Shown here: piece after piece, positions 1 through 8,020 of the stretch
Position numbering within the stretch: the first letter of the stretch is position 1
How the letters are laid out: each line of letters opens with the position of its first letter
Origin: Bdellovibrionota bacterium
GTDB lineage: Bacteria; Bdellovibrionota_G; JALEGL01; DATDPG01
Direction of reading: 5' to 3'
Assembly: GCA_963668355.1 (NCBI GenBank)
Contig: OY764265.1
Location: forward strand, 2,432,001-2,496,000
Length of the DNA: 64,000 nucleotides
The notes under the pieces: model-generated
What the model was told of the DNA's origin: nothing
Seen by the model: the letters and a program-made list of their open reading frames with translations, nothing else
The model's database searches: none
Position numbers and translations under genes: made by a program

Positions 1-510
1 ATACTCTCCCAGGTCTTTTCGCGAGAGCTTTGGATTTTTTGGCTTGTTGGGTGAAGATTTTGGGGGCGGAACAAAATCGCGGGTGGGTTTGACCTCCTGC
101 GTTTTTAAGCCGATGGGAATCGAAGCTTTGAGAGATTCTCCAATCGAAGGTTCCATGGGCACATCAAAGGTCTTTTCCGGAGGAGCAGGGGGGGAAGGTT
201 TGACGAAATCTTCTTTTGATTTCTTTGGCTTCTTTTCTTTTTCCGGAGGTGTTTTGGGTTCCAGAGGAAGGGCGTCTTTAGGCCCTTCAGGGGTAGGATC
301 AGGTGTTTGTTCCTCAGGTAACTTCACCTCGTGTTCGCCGTCTGAAACGATGTGTTCGATGACAGGTTTGTCGAGCGTACGTGTTCCCGACTTCATGATG
401 AAAAAACTCAAACATTTGGGACACGTAATCTTAACGCCGTCCTTGGTGATCTGGTGGTCATCAATTCGGTAGACGCTATTGCATGTTCCGCATTCAAAGG
501 TATACGGCAT
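1..510 (-). CDS. Zinc-ribbon (MJ0042-like) domain protein with Pro/Lys-rich linker, runs off the left edge
   Basis: Not in the ORF track. Translated manually from ATG at 510: MPYTFECGTCNSVYRIDDHQITKDGVKITCPKCLSFF (CxxC-x19-CxxC); frame is open to position 1. Confidence 0.8.
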   Translation of the reverse strand, partial: MPYTFECGTCNSVYRIDDHQITKDGVKITCPKCLSFFIMKSGTRTLDKPVIEHIVSDGEHEVKLPEEQTPDPTPEGPKDALPLEPKTPPEKEKKPKKSKEDFVKPSPPAPPEKTFDVPMEPSIGESLKASIPIGLKTQEVKPTRDFVPPPKSSPNKPKNPKLSRKDLGEY

Positions 511-541
511 AAGTGCATGATATTAAATGCTCTTTTTAAAA

Positions 542-1363
542 TCAATGTGAACTCCGATGAAAAGTGAGCTTTCCTCCCCGAATGATCTCGATGGCCTGGT
601 TGCGCTCCTCCTGAACCGAGTTGCGAAATGCGGCCTCTAAAACCTCGGACTGACCGACCAGGGGCAGGTCTTGGAGCGTTTCATAGTCATCTGGGTGGCG
701 AAGAACCAGTCTGAGTTTCTCTTGATCGCCGGCAAAGGAAATGAGTCCCACTTCTTTGGGTAAAACCATCAAGGTTACAGTCGAGTAGGCGTGCCCCTTC
801 TGTCCCACACGTCCCACGTCCAACACAGACACATTTTGAAGCAAGGTAACGGCCTTGGGACCCTCTTCGCTCAACATCTTTGTTGTCGTCACGATATCCA
901 CGTGGTCGCCGGGGCGAACGGCGTTGGCTACGGAAGCGGTATGGTCGACGGCAATGGAGAGGGCCCGATAGCCTTTGGCAATTCTGCGGGCGGGAACGGA
1001 TCGAGAAAGCCCCACGTCTAAATCCGACCAAGTGATCATGGCTCCCGCTGGAATGGGTTTTTTGACCAGTTTCCCCTTGATGTGTTTCTGATCTGAGATG
1101 AGAAGAACTCCCAGAGGGGCGTATTTTTTCGGGATGGATTGGACTGTTAAGTCCGAAGATGTGATGGACTCTCCTTCTTGAAGGGATCTGGAAGCCACGA
1201 GGATGGGGGTTTTTTCCATGCCGTATCCCAAATCTTTTTTGTACTTCTGGACGCCCAGGAGCAGCAAAACGGTTCCCAAAACTGATAAGAGAATCGGAAC
1301 CAGAAGTTGGCGATATTTTTCATTGGAAGATTGAATGCTCGACAAAATGTTCTTGAAGTTCAT
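542..1363 (-). CDS. cpaB: Flp pilus assembly protein CpaB (SAF + RcpC domains)
   Basis: N-terminal TM, SAF-like ILVASRSLQEGESIT, RALSIAVD..VRPGDHVDI and TLLQNVSVLDVG motifs; the ORF extends to 1402, ATG 1363 preferred. Confidence 0.88.
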   Translation of the reverse strand: MNFKNILSSIQSSNEKYRQLLVPILLSVLGTVLLLLGVQKYKKDLGYGMEKTPILVASRSLQEGESITSSDLTVQSIPKKYAPLGVLLISDQKHIKGKLVKKPIPAGAMITWSDLDVGLSRSVPARRIAKGYRALSIAVDHTASVANAVRPGDHVDIVTTTKMLSEEGPKAVTLLQNVSVLDVGRVGQKGHAYSTVTLMVLPKEVGLISFAGDQEKLRLVLRHPDDYETLQDLPLVGQSEVLEAAFRNSVQEERNQAIEIIRGGKLTFHRSSH

Positions 1364-2222
1364 GTAAACTCTCCTCGGTATATTGTTGGATTTGGTTTTC
1401 AATGGCGTCTCTAAATTGGTTTTGAAGTTCTTCGGTTAGGTGATTCATCACGGTATCCCGGACTTGATCTGAAACTTCATCGAAGGCCATCCCGGCCAAT
1501 TCATCCAGGCCGGGAATCTCTCCAAGGGGAAGAAAGGAAGCTTCGAGAATTTCCTGGGCTCCCACAGCTTGAAGGGGAATGAGAGGCTGAAATCCTGCAT
1601 CCAGCATTTCTTCTTGCCAGAAGGCCTGTCGCCAAGAAATGAGTCCGCCATGGTCGTCGTGATAAAGATCGTTGGCGGGAGCCACTAATTCATTCTGGGT
1701 TTCAAGCGTCAACGCATCCAATAGGTTAAAACCGCGATCCGAATAGTCGCGATCCATTCCGGAGGGGACCATCGGGTTGTACGTTGCAGTCATCCTGTGG
1801 CGTTCTCGATAATTTAATCCAAGAAAGGCTTTAAAGGAGAGGGGAAGATCTTCGGTGAGGTTGAAAACGATTTCTCCCACCTCTTGCATGCAGCTTCCTT
1901 GAGATCCTCGGATGTCTAAGCGTCCCTCCTCGAGAATTTCAAAAATCCGATCGCCACAAGACTGATCCTCTACTGTTTCGAGGGTCAAGCCTGCGTGTTC
2001 TTGAGAAAAATGAGAAAGGAAACGGTTTTGGAGGGTTTCTTCGGGTTGTTTGTAGGTTCGGCCGATGCTGTGAACCCAAGAAGCTCGTTCCAATCTTCCT
2101 TGATTGAGAAAGACTTGGCTGAGAAAGAATGTGCCCCAAAGGAGAATGGCAAACAGGGGCATGATCAGGAGAAGTTCAAAATTTCCCTTGGTTGGGATTC
2201 TAGTGGAGGATTTCATTTTCAT
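1320..2222 (-). CDS. TadE-like pilus accessory protein
   Basis: KGNFELLLIMPLFAILLWG is a prepilin-like N-terminus; lies in an operon with cpaB; start uncertain (ORF extends to 2252). Confidence 0.55.
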   Translation of the reverse strand: MKMKSSTRIPTKGNFELLLIMPLFAILLWGTFFLSQVFLNQGRLERASWVHSIGRTYKQPEETLQNRFLSHFSQEHAGLTLETVEDQSCGDRIFEILEEGRLDIRGSQGSCMQEVGEIVFNLTEDLPLSFKAFLGLNYRERHRMTATYNPMVPSGMDRDYSDRGFNLLDALTLETQNELVAPANDLYHDDHGGLISWRQAFWQEEMLDAGFQPLIPLQAVGAQEILEASFLPLGEIPGLDELAGMAFDEVSDQVRDTVMNHLTEELQNQFRDAIENQIQQYTEESLHELQEHFVEHSIFQ

Positions 2223-3558
2223 ACTCCTCCGAACGAAAAAGGTTTTGACCAAGATTGATGAATTGATTGGCTTGGCTGGAGTGGATCGTTTCTCCCATGG
2301 CTTCGAGCTCTTTGAAGGCTTGGAGTTGAACCCGAAAGTTCATGTCACACATGGTGCAATGGCTATCGCCTTCCAAGAGATCTTCTTCCGTCAATTCACC
2401 CATGTTCTCGCGAGGGTCAAACAGAACTCGAGCCTGCGATACACTCCACATGGGATTCGGTCCAAAGATGCTGTCGTGGATCTCGGTTTCGGTGGGCCAT
2501 GAGGGAGTGGGAGAGGGCCTTTCTGAGGCTTTTAGAAATCGATGGAACAAAGGATTGGAGTCTTCTTCCAAATATTCGTCAAAAACTTCTGTGAATCGGC
2601 TACGAGACTGCCTGGCGATGGCGATGTGTTGCTCTTCGTTGAAGCTGGGTAACAAGATATACGGGGCCGGAATGTGAAAAACGAAGGAAGAGCCTCCATT
2701 GCGACGGACGATGTCGCTGAAACGTGTACATCTTTGTCCACTCCCTTCAATGACCCGATATGAAGGAGGATTCCCTTCAAAGTTCCGGGTGGGAACGATT
2801 TCAGTGGTCTCCAGGACTCCCTGGCCTCCGGCTTGATATCGGAGGAAAAACGAATCTCTTTCCGGGCGAAATTCTCGTGCAAAGGCCACGTAGTCACGGT
2901 TGTTTCGAAGCGTAAAATCTGTGCATTGAGAGATGTCCCCTCCGTTGGCCACGCGAATGGCTTCTTCGTTGGCGTTCTCTTCCGCCTGAAGGAGTGCCTC
3001 CAGATCATCGGCCCCAGGTCGGAAAAGATGCAATGCCCTTGGAGATCCTCCCAAATCCACATTTTTCTCAACGAGATAGTTCCAAGCTCCGCCTTCATGA
3101 AGAATGTTGGAAAATAGAATTGTTCTTTCGGGCGCGATTTTGGCCCATTTAAGAATGCGGTCTTGCGCGTTGGCAATCTCTTCCCCCAGTTGATTGATTT
3201 TGGGAACAAATTCCCGCATTTTCCAACTCAGCCTGATGGCCGGTCGGAGACAGGGACAGGTCACCAAGGTAAAGAAACAGGCCAAGGCACACGCATCCAG
3301 AGCCACTGTGACCAAGCCGACGATGTAGGCGTTTCTTCGAACGATTCGAAGTCCCTTATTTAGACCCGCGATGGCGTTGAGGGCTCGGGCTTGTTGATTG
3401 GCGGCCATCACCGCCATGGCGTCGGCCTTTCGTTGTTCCCGGACTTTTTGAATGTAGAGAAACGTTCGTTCTCCTCCCATCGCAATCATGCAGACCAAAA
3501 TCGACATCAGTACCAGCGTAATGGGAAGGGCTTGTCCTCTCTGATTGCAAAGTTTCAT
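2200..3558 (-). CDS. TadG-like / Tad N-terminal domain protein
   Basis: NQRGQALPITLVLMSILV prepilin motif followed by QRKADAMAVMAA (Tad-like helix). Confidence 0.65.
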   Translation of the reverse strand: MKLCNQRGQALPITLVLMSILVCMIAMGGERTFLYIQKVREQRKADAMAVMAANQQARALNAIAGLNKGLRIVRRNAYIVGLVTVALDACALACFFTLVTCPCLRPAIRLSWKMREFVPKINQLGEEIANAQDRILKWAKIAPERTILFSNILHEGGAWNYLVEKNVDLGGSPRALHLFRPGADDLEALLQAEENANEEAIRVANGGDISQCTDFTLRNNRDYVAFAREFRPERDSFFLRYQAGGQGVLETTEIVPTRNFEGNPPSYRVIEGSGQRCTRFSDIVRRNGGSSFVFHIPAPYILLPSFNEEQHIAIARQSRSRFTEVFDEYLEEDSNPLFHRFLKASERPSPTPSWPTETEIHDSIFGPNPMWSVSQARVLFDPRENMGELTEEDLLEGDSHCTMCDMNFRVQLQAFKELEAMGETIHSSQANQFINLGQNLFRSEEYENEILH

Positions 3559-3974
3559 TACGGAGCCTCGGGAAGAGGAATGCTCCCCTTGAGTTCAGGT
3601 TTTGGAAGGAAAGAGTCCGAATCTTCTTCGGAATTTTGAGAAATGAAGTGTTGGAGTGTGTTCATTCGAAAGGGGTCTCCCAATAAAGGTGTGTTCGGTT
3701 GGGCCAAACGAATCTGAATCAGCTTTGTGGTGTCGGGAGATTCCGTTCGAAGGAGCTCCAGGGATTCATTCTCGTCCCCTAAGATCCATTCACTCATCCG
3801 TTGCGTGCTTTCTTGAGCCAAGTCGATGGAAGGATCTTGGTCCACCAGGGCGCTTCGGGCGGCAAAAAAACTGGCCTGTTCCACAGAAACCGCCAATCGA
3901 CTCAGTTCGATGACGTGTGTAAGGCCCGCCACGCATAAAAGAAGAATGGGGAACGAAGTTAAAAAATGAATCAT
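3558..3974 (-). CDS. TadE-like pseudopilin
   Basis: Hydrophobic N-terminus, then VEQASFFAARSA (TadE-type helix); first gene of the operon, stop/start coupled to the next gene. Confidence 0.6.
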   Translation of the reverse strand: MIHFLTSFPILLLCVAGLTHVIELSRLAVSVEQASFFAARSALVDQDPSIDLAQESTQRMSEWILGDENESLELLRTESPDTTKLIQIRLAQPNTPLLGDPFRMNTLQHFISQNSEEDSDSFLPKPELKGSIPLPEAP

Positions 3975-3987
3975 GTTTTTCTTTATG

Positions 3988-4002
3988 GCAACGGGCGTGC
4001 CA
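3988..4002 (-). promoter_or_regulatory. Sigma54 (-24/-12) promoter of the tad operon
   Basis: Minus strand reads TGGCAC-GCCCG-TTGC, an exact match to TGGCAC-N5-TTGC. Confidence 0.8.
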
Positions 4003-4385
4003 GGGAAGAAAAAGAGCTAAGTGTTTAGAAATAAAGCTATTTAAAAAATAGAGAAAAAGAAGTGGAGACCGAATTTCGAATCTTCGAGTTCGAAATTCTT
4101 ACATCAAAACCGGGATGTCCGATGTTCGTACGTAATGGGTGCGAGGGGTTTTCATTTTGCCCTCTTTGGAAAGATGCAAAAGAAGTTCGACTTTCCGACA
4201 ATAAAGGGATTGTTCATGATCCTTGTGGCAGCTTTGGAAAATGGGACAGTCTTTCTTTTTGCACATGTCTTGGAATTACGCAGAAGTTATGCCAATTCTT
4301 TCAAGAGCGAATTCGCATTATTTCAACATGTTAGGGTTACGGATCCGGAAGATTTGCGGCATACTTTGGGGAAAGGATGTCTCGC

Positions 4386-5138
4386 ATGCGTATATTGCTC
4401 TCAAATGATGATGGAATTGAATCTCCTGGATTGATCGCTCTCGCAGAAGTCTTGGAAAAACTCGGCGACCTTGTGGTTGTGGCACCGGATCGGGAACAGA
4501 GTGGAACCTCCCATTCTCTGACCTTGCTTCGCCCCCTACGAATCCAGGAAATAAAAACGAATTGGTTCTCCATTGATGGAACCCCTAGCGATTGTGTCAA
4601 CTTAGCCATTCGGGAAATTTTGAAAGATCGCCTCCCTGACCTCGTGGTTTCCGGGGTCAACCGGGGACCGAACTTGGGAGATGATATTCTGTATTCCGGA
4701 ACGGCCGCGGCGGCCATGGAAGGGGCCATCCAAGGGATTCCAGGAATGGCGTTTTCATTGGTTCTTAAGCGTGGAGAATCGCCGAATTACTCTTCTGCAC
4801 AGGCTTTTGCGAAGAGAATGGTAAAGCGCTTTCAAGAACATCCTTGGCCCTCGGAAGTTGTCATGAATGTGAATGTTCCCAACCAGACGGGGGATCCTAT
4901 CACTTCCTACGCTTTTACCCGCCAGGGGAAACGCCACTACACGGATGTCATTGTAAAAAACATTGACCCTCGGGGTAGGCCTTATTTTTGGATCGGTGGA
5001 GATGCCCAAGGTTTTGATGAAGTTCCCGGATCAGACGGGGAAGCGGTTCATCGGAATTTGATTTCGATTACGCCCATTCGTTTGAATCTTACGCACGAGA
5101 CGTATCTCCAACATATGACGGAAGAATGGCATCTGTAA
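4386..5138 (+). CDS. surE: 5'/3'-nucleotidase SurE
   Basis: MRILLSNDDG, GTPSDCV, SGVNRGPNLG and YSGT motifs. Confidence 0.97.
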   Translation: MRILLSNDDGIESPGLIALAEVLEKLGDLVVVAPDREQSGTSHSLTLLRPLRIQEIKTNWFSIDGTPSDCVNLAIREILKDRLPDLVVSGVNRGPNLGDDILYSGTAAAAMEGAIQGIPGMAFSLVLKRGESPNYSSAQAFAKRMVKRFQEHPWPSEVVMNVNVPNQTGDPITSYAFTRQGKRHYTDVIVKNIDPRGRPYFWIGGDAQGFDEVPGSDGEAVHRNLISITPIRLNLTHETYLQHMTEEWHL

Positions 5139-5767
5139 TGAGAAGGCCAGCCATGACCGCCCACAGCATGGTGGAACGCTATCTTCGTCCTCGGGGTATT
5201 TTTGATGAACGGGTATTGTCAGCCATGTTGAAAGTTCCCCGCCATCTTTTCGTTCCCGATGCGTTGCGAGAGAGGGCTTATTCGGACCATCCCTTGCCGA
5301 TAGGTGCGGATCAGACCATTTCACAGCCGTTCATTGTTGCGTTGATGACGCAGGCCTTGGAGTTGACCGGTCAAGAGAAGATCTTGGAAATTGGAACGGG
5401 GTCTGGATATCAAGCCGCCATTTTAGCTGAATTGGCCAAGTCGGTTTTTTCAATTGAGCGTGTTCATGCCCTGGGTTCCAAAGCTCGGAAAGTTTTGGAA
5501 AGCCTTTCCTATCATAATGTTTCCATTCGGGTGGCCAACGGAACGCTGGGGTGGAGTGAGTTTGCGCCGTATGACCGAATCATTGTGACGGCTTCTGCCA
5601 TCGAAGTGCCTCCTTTTTTGGTGGATCAGCTGGGGGTTGGTGGGCGAATGGTGATCCCTGTGGGAACCCAGGATCGCGAACAAAAATTGTTTTTGCTTGA
5701 AAAACACGCCACAGGAGTGGAAAAAAAGTTTTTGAGTTATTGCAACTTTGTCCCATGCGTCGCCTAA
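5126..5767 (+). CDS. pcm: Protein-L-isoaspartate O-methyltransferase
   Basis: VPRHLFV, QTISQP and LEIGTGSGYQAA motifs; surE-pcm-nlpD synteny. Confidence 0.96.
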   Translation: MASVMRRPAMTAHSMVERYLRPRGIFDERVLSAMLKVPRHLFVPDALRERAYSDHPLPIGADQTISQPFIVALMTQALELTGQEKILEIGTGSGYQAAILAELAKSVFSIERVHALGSKARKVLESLSYHNVSIRVANGTLGWSEFAPYDRIIVTASAIEVPPFLVDQLGVGGRMVIPVGTQDREQKLFLLEKHATGVEKKFLSYCNFVPCVA

Positions 5768-6465
5768 TTCTCATTCTTTGTCTTTGTTTGGCGGCCTGCC
5801 ATGTGAAAGGCGGGATCGTTCATCAGGTCGAAAAAGGGGAATCTTTGATTCAAATCTCCCATGCCTATGGGGTATCTCTGGATGAAATTTTGTACGCCAA
5901 TCGGATTCAAAATCCCAACCAATTAAAGGTGGGAGATAAGTTGTTGATTCCTGGGGTGAGACGGCACAAGAACGTTAAGAAATTTGTTTGGGAACATGAG
6001 GTGCCTTCGCATGAACCCAAGAAGAAAATCTCGCCACCGCGAAAACCCATTGTTTCAAAGAACACTCCTCGAAAAACGCCTCCCGTTACCAAAGGAACGT
6101 TGAAATTTATTTGGCCTGCGAAGGGAAGGCTTCTGGCTCCTTTTGGAATGCAAAACAATCGGATGCACAATGGCATTGATTTGTCTCTGAAACCGAATCA
6201 GGCCATCAAAGCCGCCATGGAGGGAGTTGTTGTGTATAGGGGAGATCAGGTGGATGGATATGGCAATATGTTGATTTTACGCCATCCGGACAACTTATTT
6301 TCAGTCTATGCGTATTTGGGAGATTTTAAAGTCGAGAAAGGTACGGAGGTTTCACAGGGACAGGTCATTGCGCACGCCTCTCGACGAAAAAACTTTGCGT
6401 TCATCCATTTCGAGATCCGCCGTGGCAAACATGCTGTGGATCCTCTGACGTTTTTGCCAAAGTAG
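5740..6465 (+). CDS. nlpD: LysM + M23 peptidase family lipoprotein (NlpD-like)
   Basis: Lipobox LAAC, LysM domain, HNGID and HFE M23 motifs; true start may be MRRLIL at 5755. Confidence 0.88.
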   Translation: MQLCPMRRLILILCLCLAACHVKGGIVHQVEKGESLIQISHAYGVSLDEILYANRIQNPNQLKVGDKLLIPGVRRHKNVKKFVWEHEVPSHEPKKKISPPRKPIVSKNTPRKTPPVTKGTLKFIWPAKGRLLAPFGMQNNRMHNGIDLSLKPNQAIKAAMEGVVVYRGDQVDGYGNMLILRHPDNLFSVYAYLGDFKVEKGTEVSQGQVIAHASRRKNFAFIHFEIRRGKHAVDPLTFLPK

Positions 6466-6515
6466 TTTTCTCTTTTAAAGAGGGAGAAGAGTTTGGAAAC
6501 AAATCAAATTTCTTG

Positions 6516-6546
6516 GGCCCCTCCGCCCGGTGTAGATCCTCCCAAA
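6516..6546 (+). repeat. Left copy of a 31-bp perfect direct repeat (attL-like core)
   Basis: GGCCCCTCCGCCCGGTGTAGATCCTCCCAAA, identical to 16902-16932. Confidence 0.95.
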
Positions 6547-6659
6547 GAATCAAGGCGCTATCGGAAACCTTCCTTGGACGAAAAGATAAGAAAAAGAGTT
6601 CGAATTCTGACATTTAAACTGTATTGTATTTAACTATATAAAATTATTTATTAAAATAC

Positions 6660-6690
6660 GTTTGAATTCAAACATAAGAGTGTGTATAAT
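6660..6690 (+). promoter_or_regulatory. Sigma70 promoter of the TA operon with an overlapping palindrome
   Basis: TTGAAT (6662-6667), 17 bp, TATAAT (6685-6690); perfect palindrome GTTTGAATTCAAAC at 6660-6673. Confidence 0.7.
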
Positions 6691-6697
6691 ATAGATT

Positions 6698-7126
6698 ATG
6701 TCTTCATCATCTCAGATAGCCGTGCGTGTGCCAGACCTTCCAGAGGCTTCTAAAACGCCTTTGAAGACGCTCGGAAAAGCTTTCTGGAATCTCGTGAATC
6801 ATTATGGGCTGGCGAGGAAGGACCAAGCTGTTATTTTGGGAATTCCTGAAAACCGAGAGCGTCTTGGAAGTTTAGAAAAGAAAAAAGAAATTCCTGATCA
6901 ATATGATGTTTTGTTAAGAGTCGGAACCTTGCTGGGAATTCATAAGAATTTGCGCCTTCTCTTTCCTCATGACCGCGATGTTGTTTACAAATGGATGAAA
7001 ACGCCTCGTGAGTTGTTTGGAAACGTTTCGGCTTTGGATTTTTTGCATGAACGCCCGATTGAATCCTTACCTCGTTTAGTTGCGATTCGGCGCGTGTTAG
7101 ATCAAGTGCGATGTCGCGGAAATTAA
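6698..7126 (+). CDS. Antitoxin, Xre/MbcA/ParS family
   Basis: HTH-like N-terminal part; C-terminal LGIHKNLRLLFP...WMKTPRELFGNVSALD is typical of the toxin-binding domain; overlaps the RES gene. Confidence 0.85.
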   Translation: MSSSSQIAVRVPDLPEASKTPLKTLGKAFWNLVNHYGLARKDQAVILGIPENRERLGSLEKKKEIPDQYDVLLRVGTLLGIHKNLRLLFPHDRDVVYKWMKTPRELFGNVSALDFLHERPIESLPRLVAIRRVLDQVRCRGN

Positions 7127-7827
7127 CTCTTCCGGAAGCAAGAAGTTATCGTTCGATTGCGTATCGAAATATTTATACAATTAAAGAAAGCCAAAATCTT
7201 TTTGATGACCTTTGTGATCATGAGAAAGAAACGGAAGAATTAGCTTCGTGGGCCGAAAAAGCCAGTGGAATTGACCATGCTAGACCCCAAAAAGAACGTC
7301 CGTTTCAATATGGCTCATTGGAAACGACACTCACAGCTTTTTTCCCTGAGAAATGGGCTGAAGGGAGATTTGGAGATGGTAGAACCTATGGGGTTTGGTA
7401 TGGCGCAAAAGAAATTGAGACATCTGTTAAAGAAGCCGCTTATGCGAGTTATTTGTTTTATCGCTCAGATCTGAAAGCTCATCAAAACCCCATTCAAAGT
7501 GACCGAAAGCTGTTTAAGGTCTCACTTCAAACCAAAAAATGTGTGAGTTTGCTGAGCTTCCAAAAAAAATATAAGCAATTGGTTCATCCGCACGATTATT
7601 CCTTTTGTCAATCATTGGGAGCTATGGCCGTTGACCAAAAAATTGAAATGTTTCGCACACCTTCTGTAAGACATCCAAAAGGAACATGCTTTCCTGTTTT
7701 TTCCCCAAGCGTTATCAAAAAAGAGCAGGTTCTCAGATACGTACACTTTATATTTTACCCAAACGGATCAATCCAAATCACACACGACGAAGATGAAATG
7801 ATTCATTTTCCAAAAGAATGGCTTTGA
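7111..7827 (+). CDS. RES-domain toxin (NAD+ phosphorylase/ART-like family)
   Basis: R (YRNI), GRFGDG..GVWYGA..ETSVKE (E) and PSVRHPKG (S) motifs. Confidence 0.88.
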   Translation: MSRKLTLPEARSYRSIAYRNIYTIKESQNLFDDLCDHEKETEELASWAEKASGIDHARPQKERPFQYGSLETTLTAFFPEKWAEGRFGDGRTYGVWYGAKEIETSVKEAAYASYLFYRSDLKAHQNPIQSDRKLFKVSLQTKKCVSLLSFQKKYKQLVHPHDYSFCQSLGAMAVDQKIEMFRTPSVRHPKGTCFPVFSPSVIKKEQVLRYVHFIFYPNGSIQITHDEDEMIHFPKEWL

Positions 7828-8020
7828 TTGAGATCTTTCGAAAGTCGTGATCTTCATATCGATTACACCGAAAAAAGTCGGTAAAATTTTAGTTTGTTGT
7901 TGTGAGCTATGGGTTGACTATGAATTTGCAAAAAATCATGAATTCATTGATAGATTCTTGTAAAAAGATATTTTATAGAAAATTCGGAAGCTTGGTTTTG
8001 CATGCCAGAGGGGTTTTTGC

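Noticed and set aside
4062..4434. Short ORFs between the tad operon and surE
   Set aside because: No motifs; they overlap a probable regulatory region.
6516..6546. Direct-repeat core as a tRNA 3' end or dif site
   Set aside because: No TTCGA T-loop, cloverleaf or CCA on either strand, and no XerC/XerD arm consensus.
7828..8020. CreTA-like mini-array or small ORF between the RES toxin and cas3
   Set aside because: No CRISPR-repeat-like sequence seen; the 62-aa ORF is AT-rich, promoter-like sequence overlapping the cas3 start.
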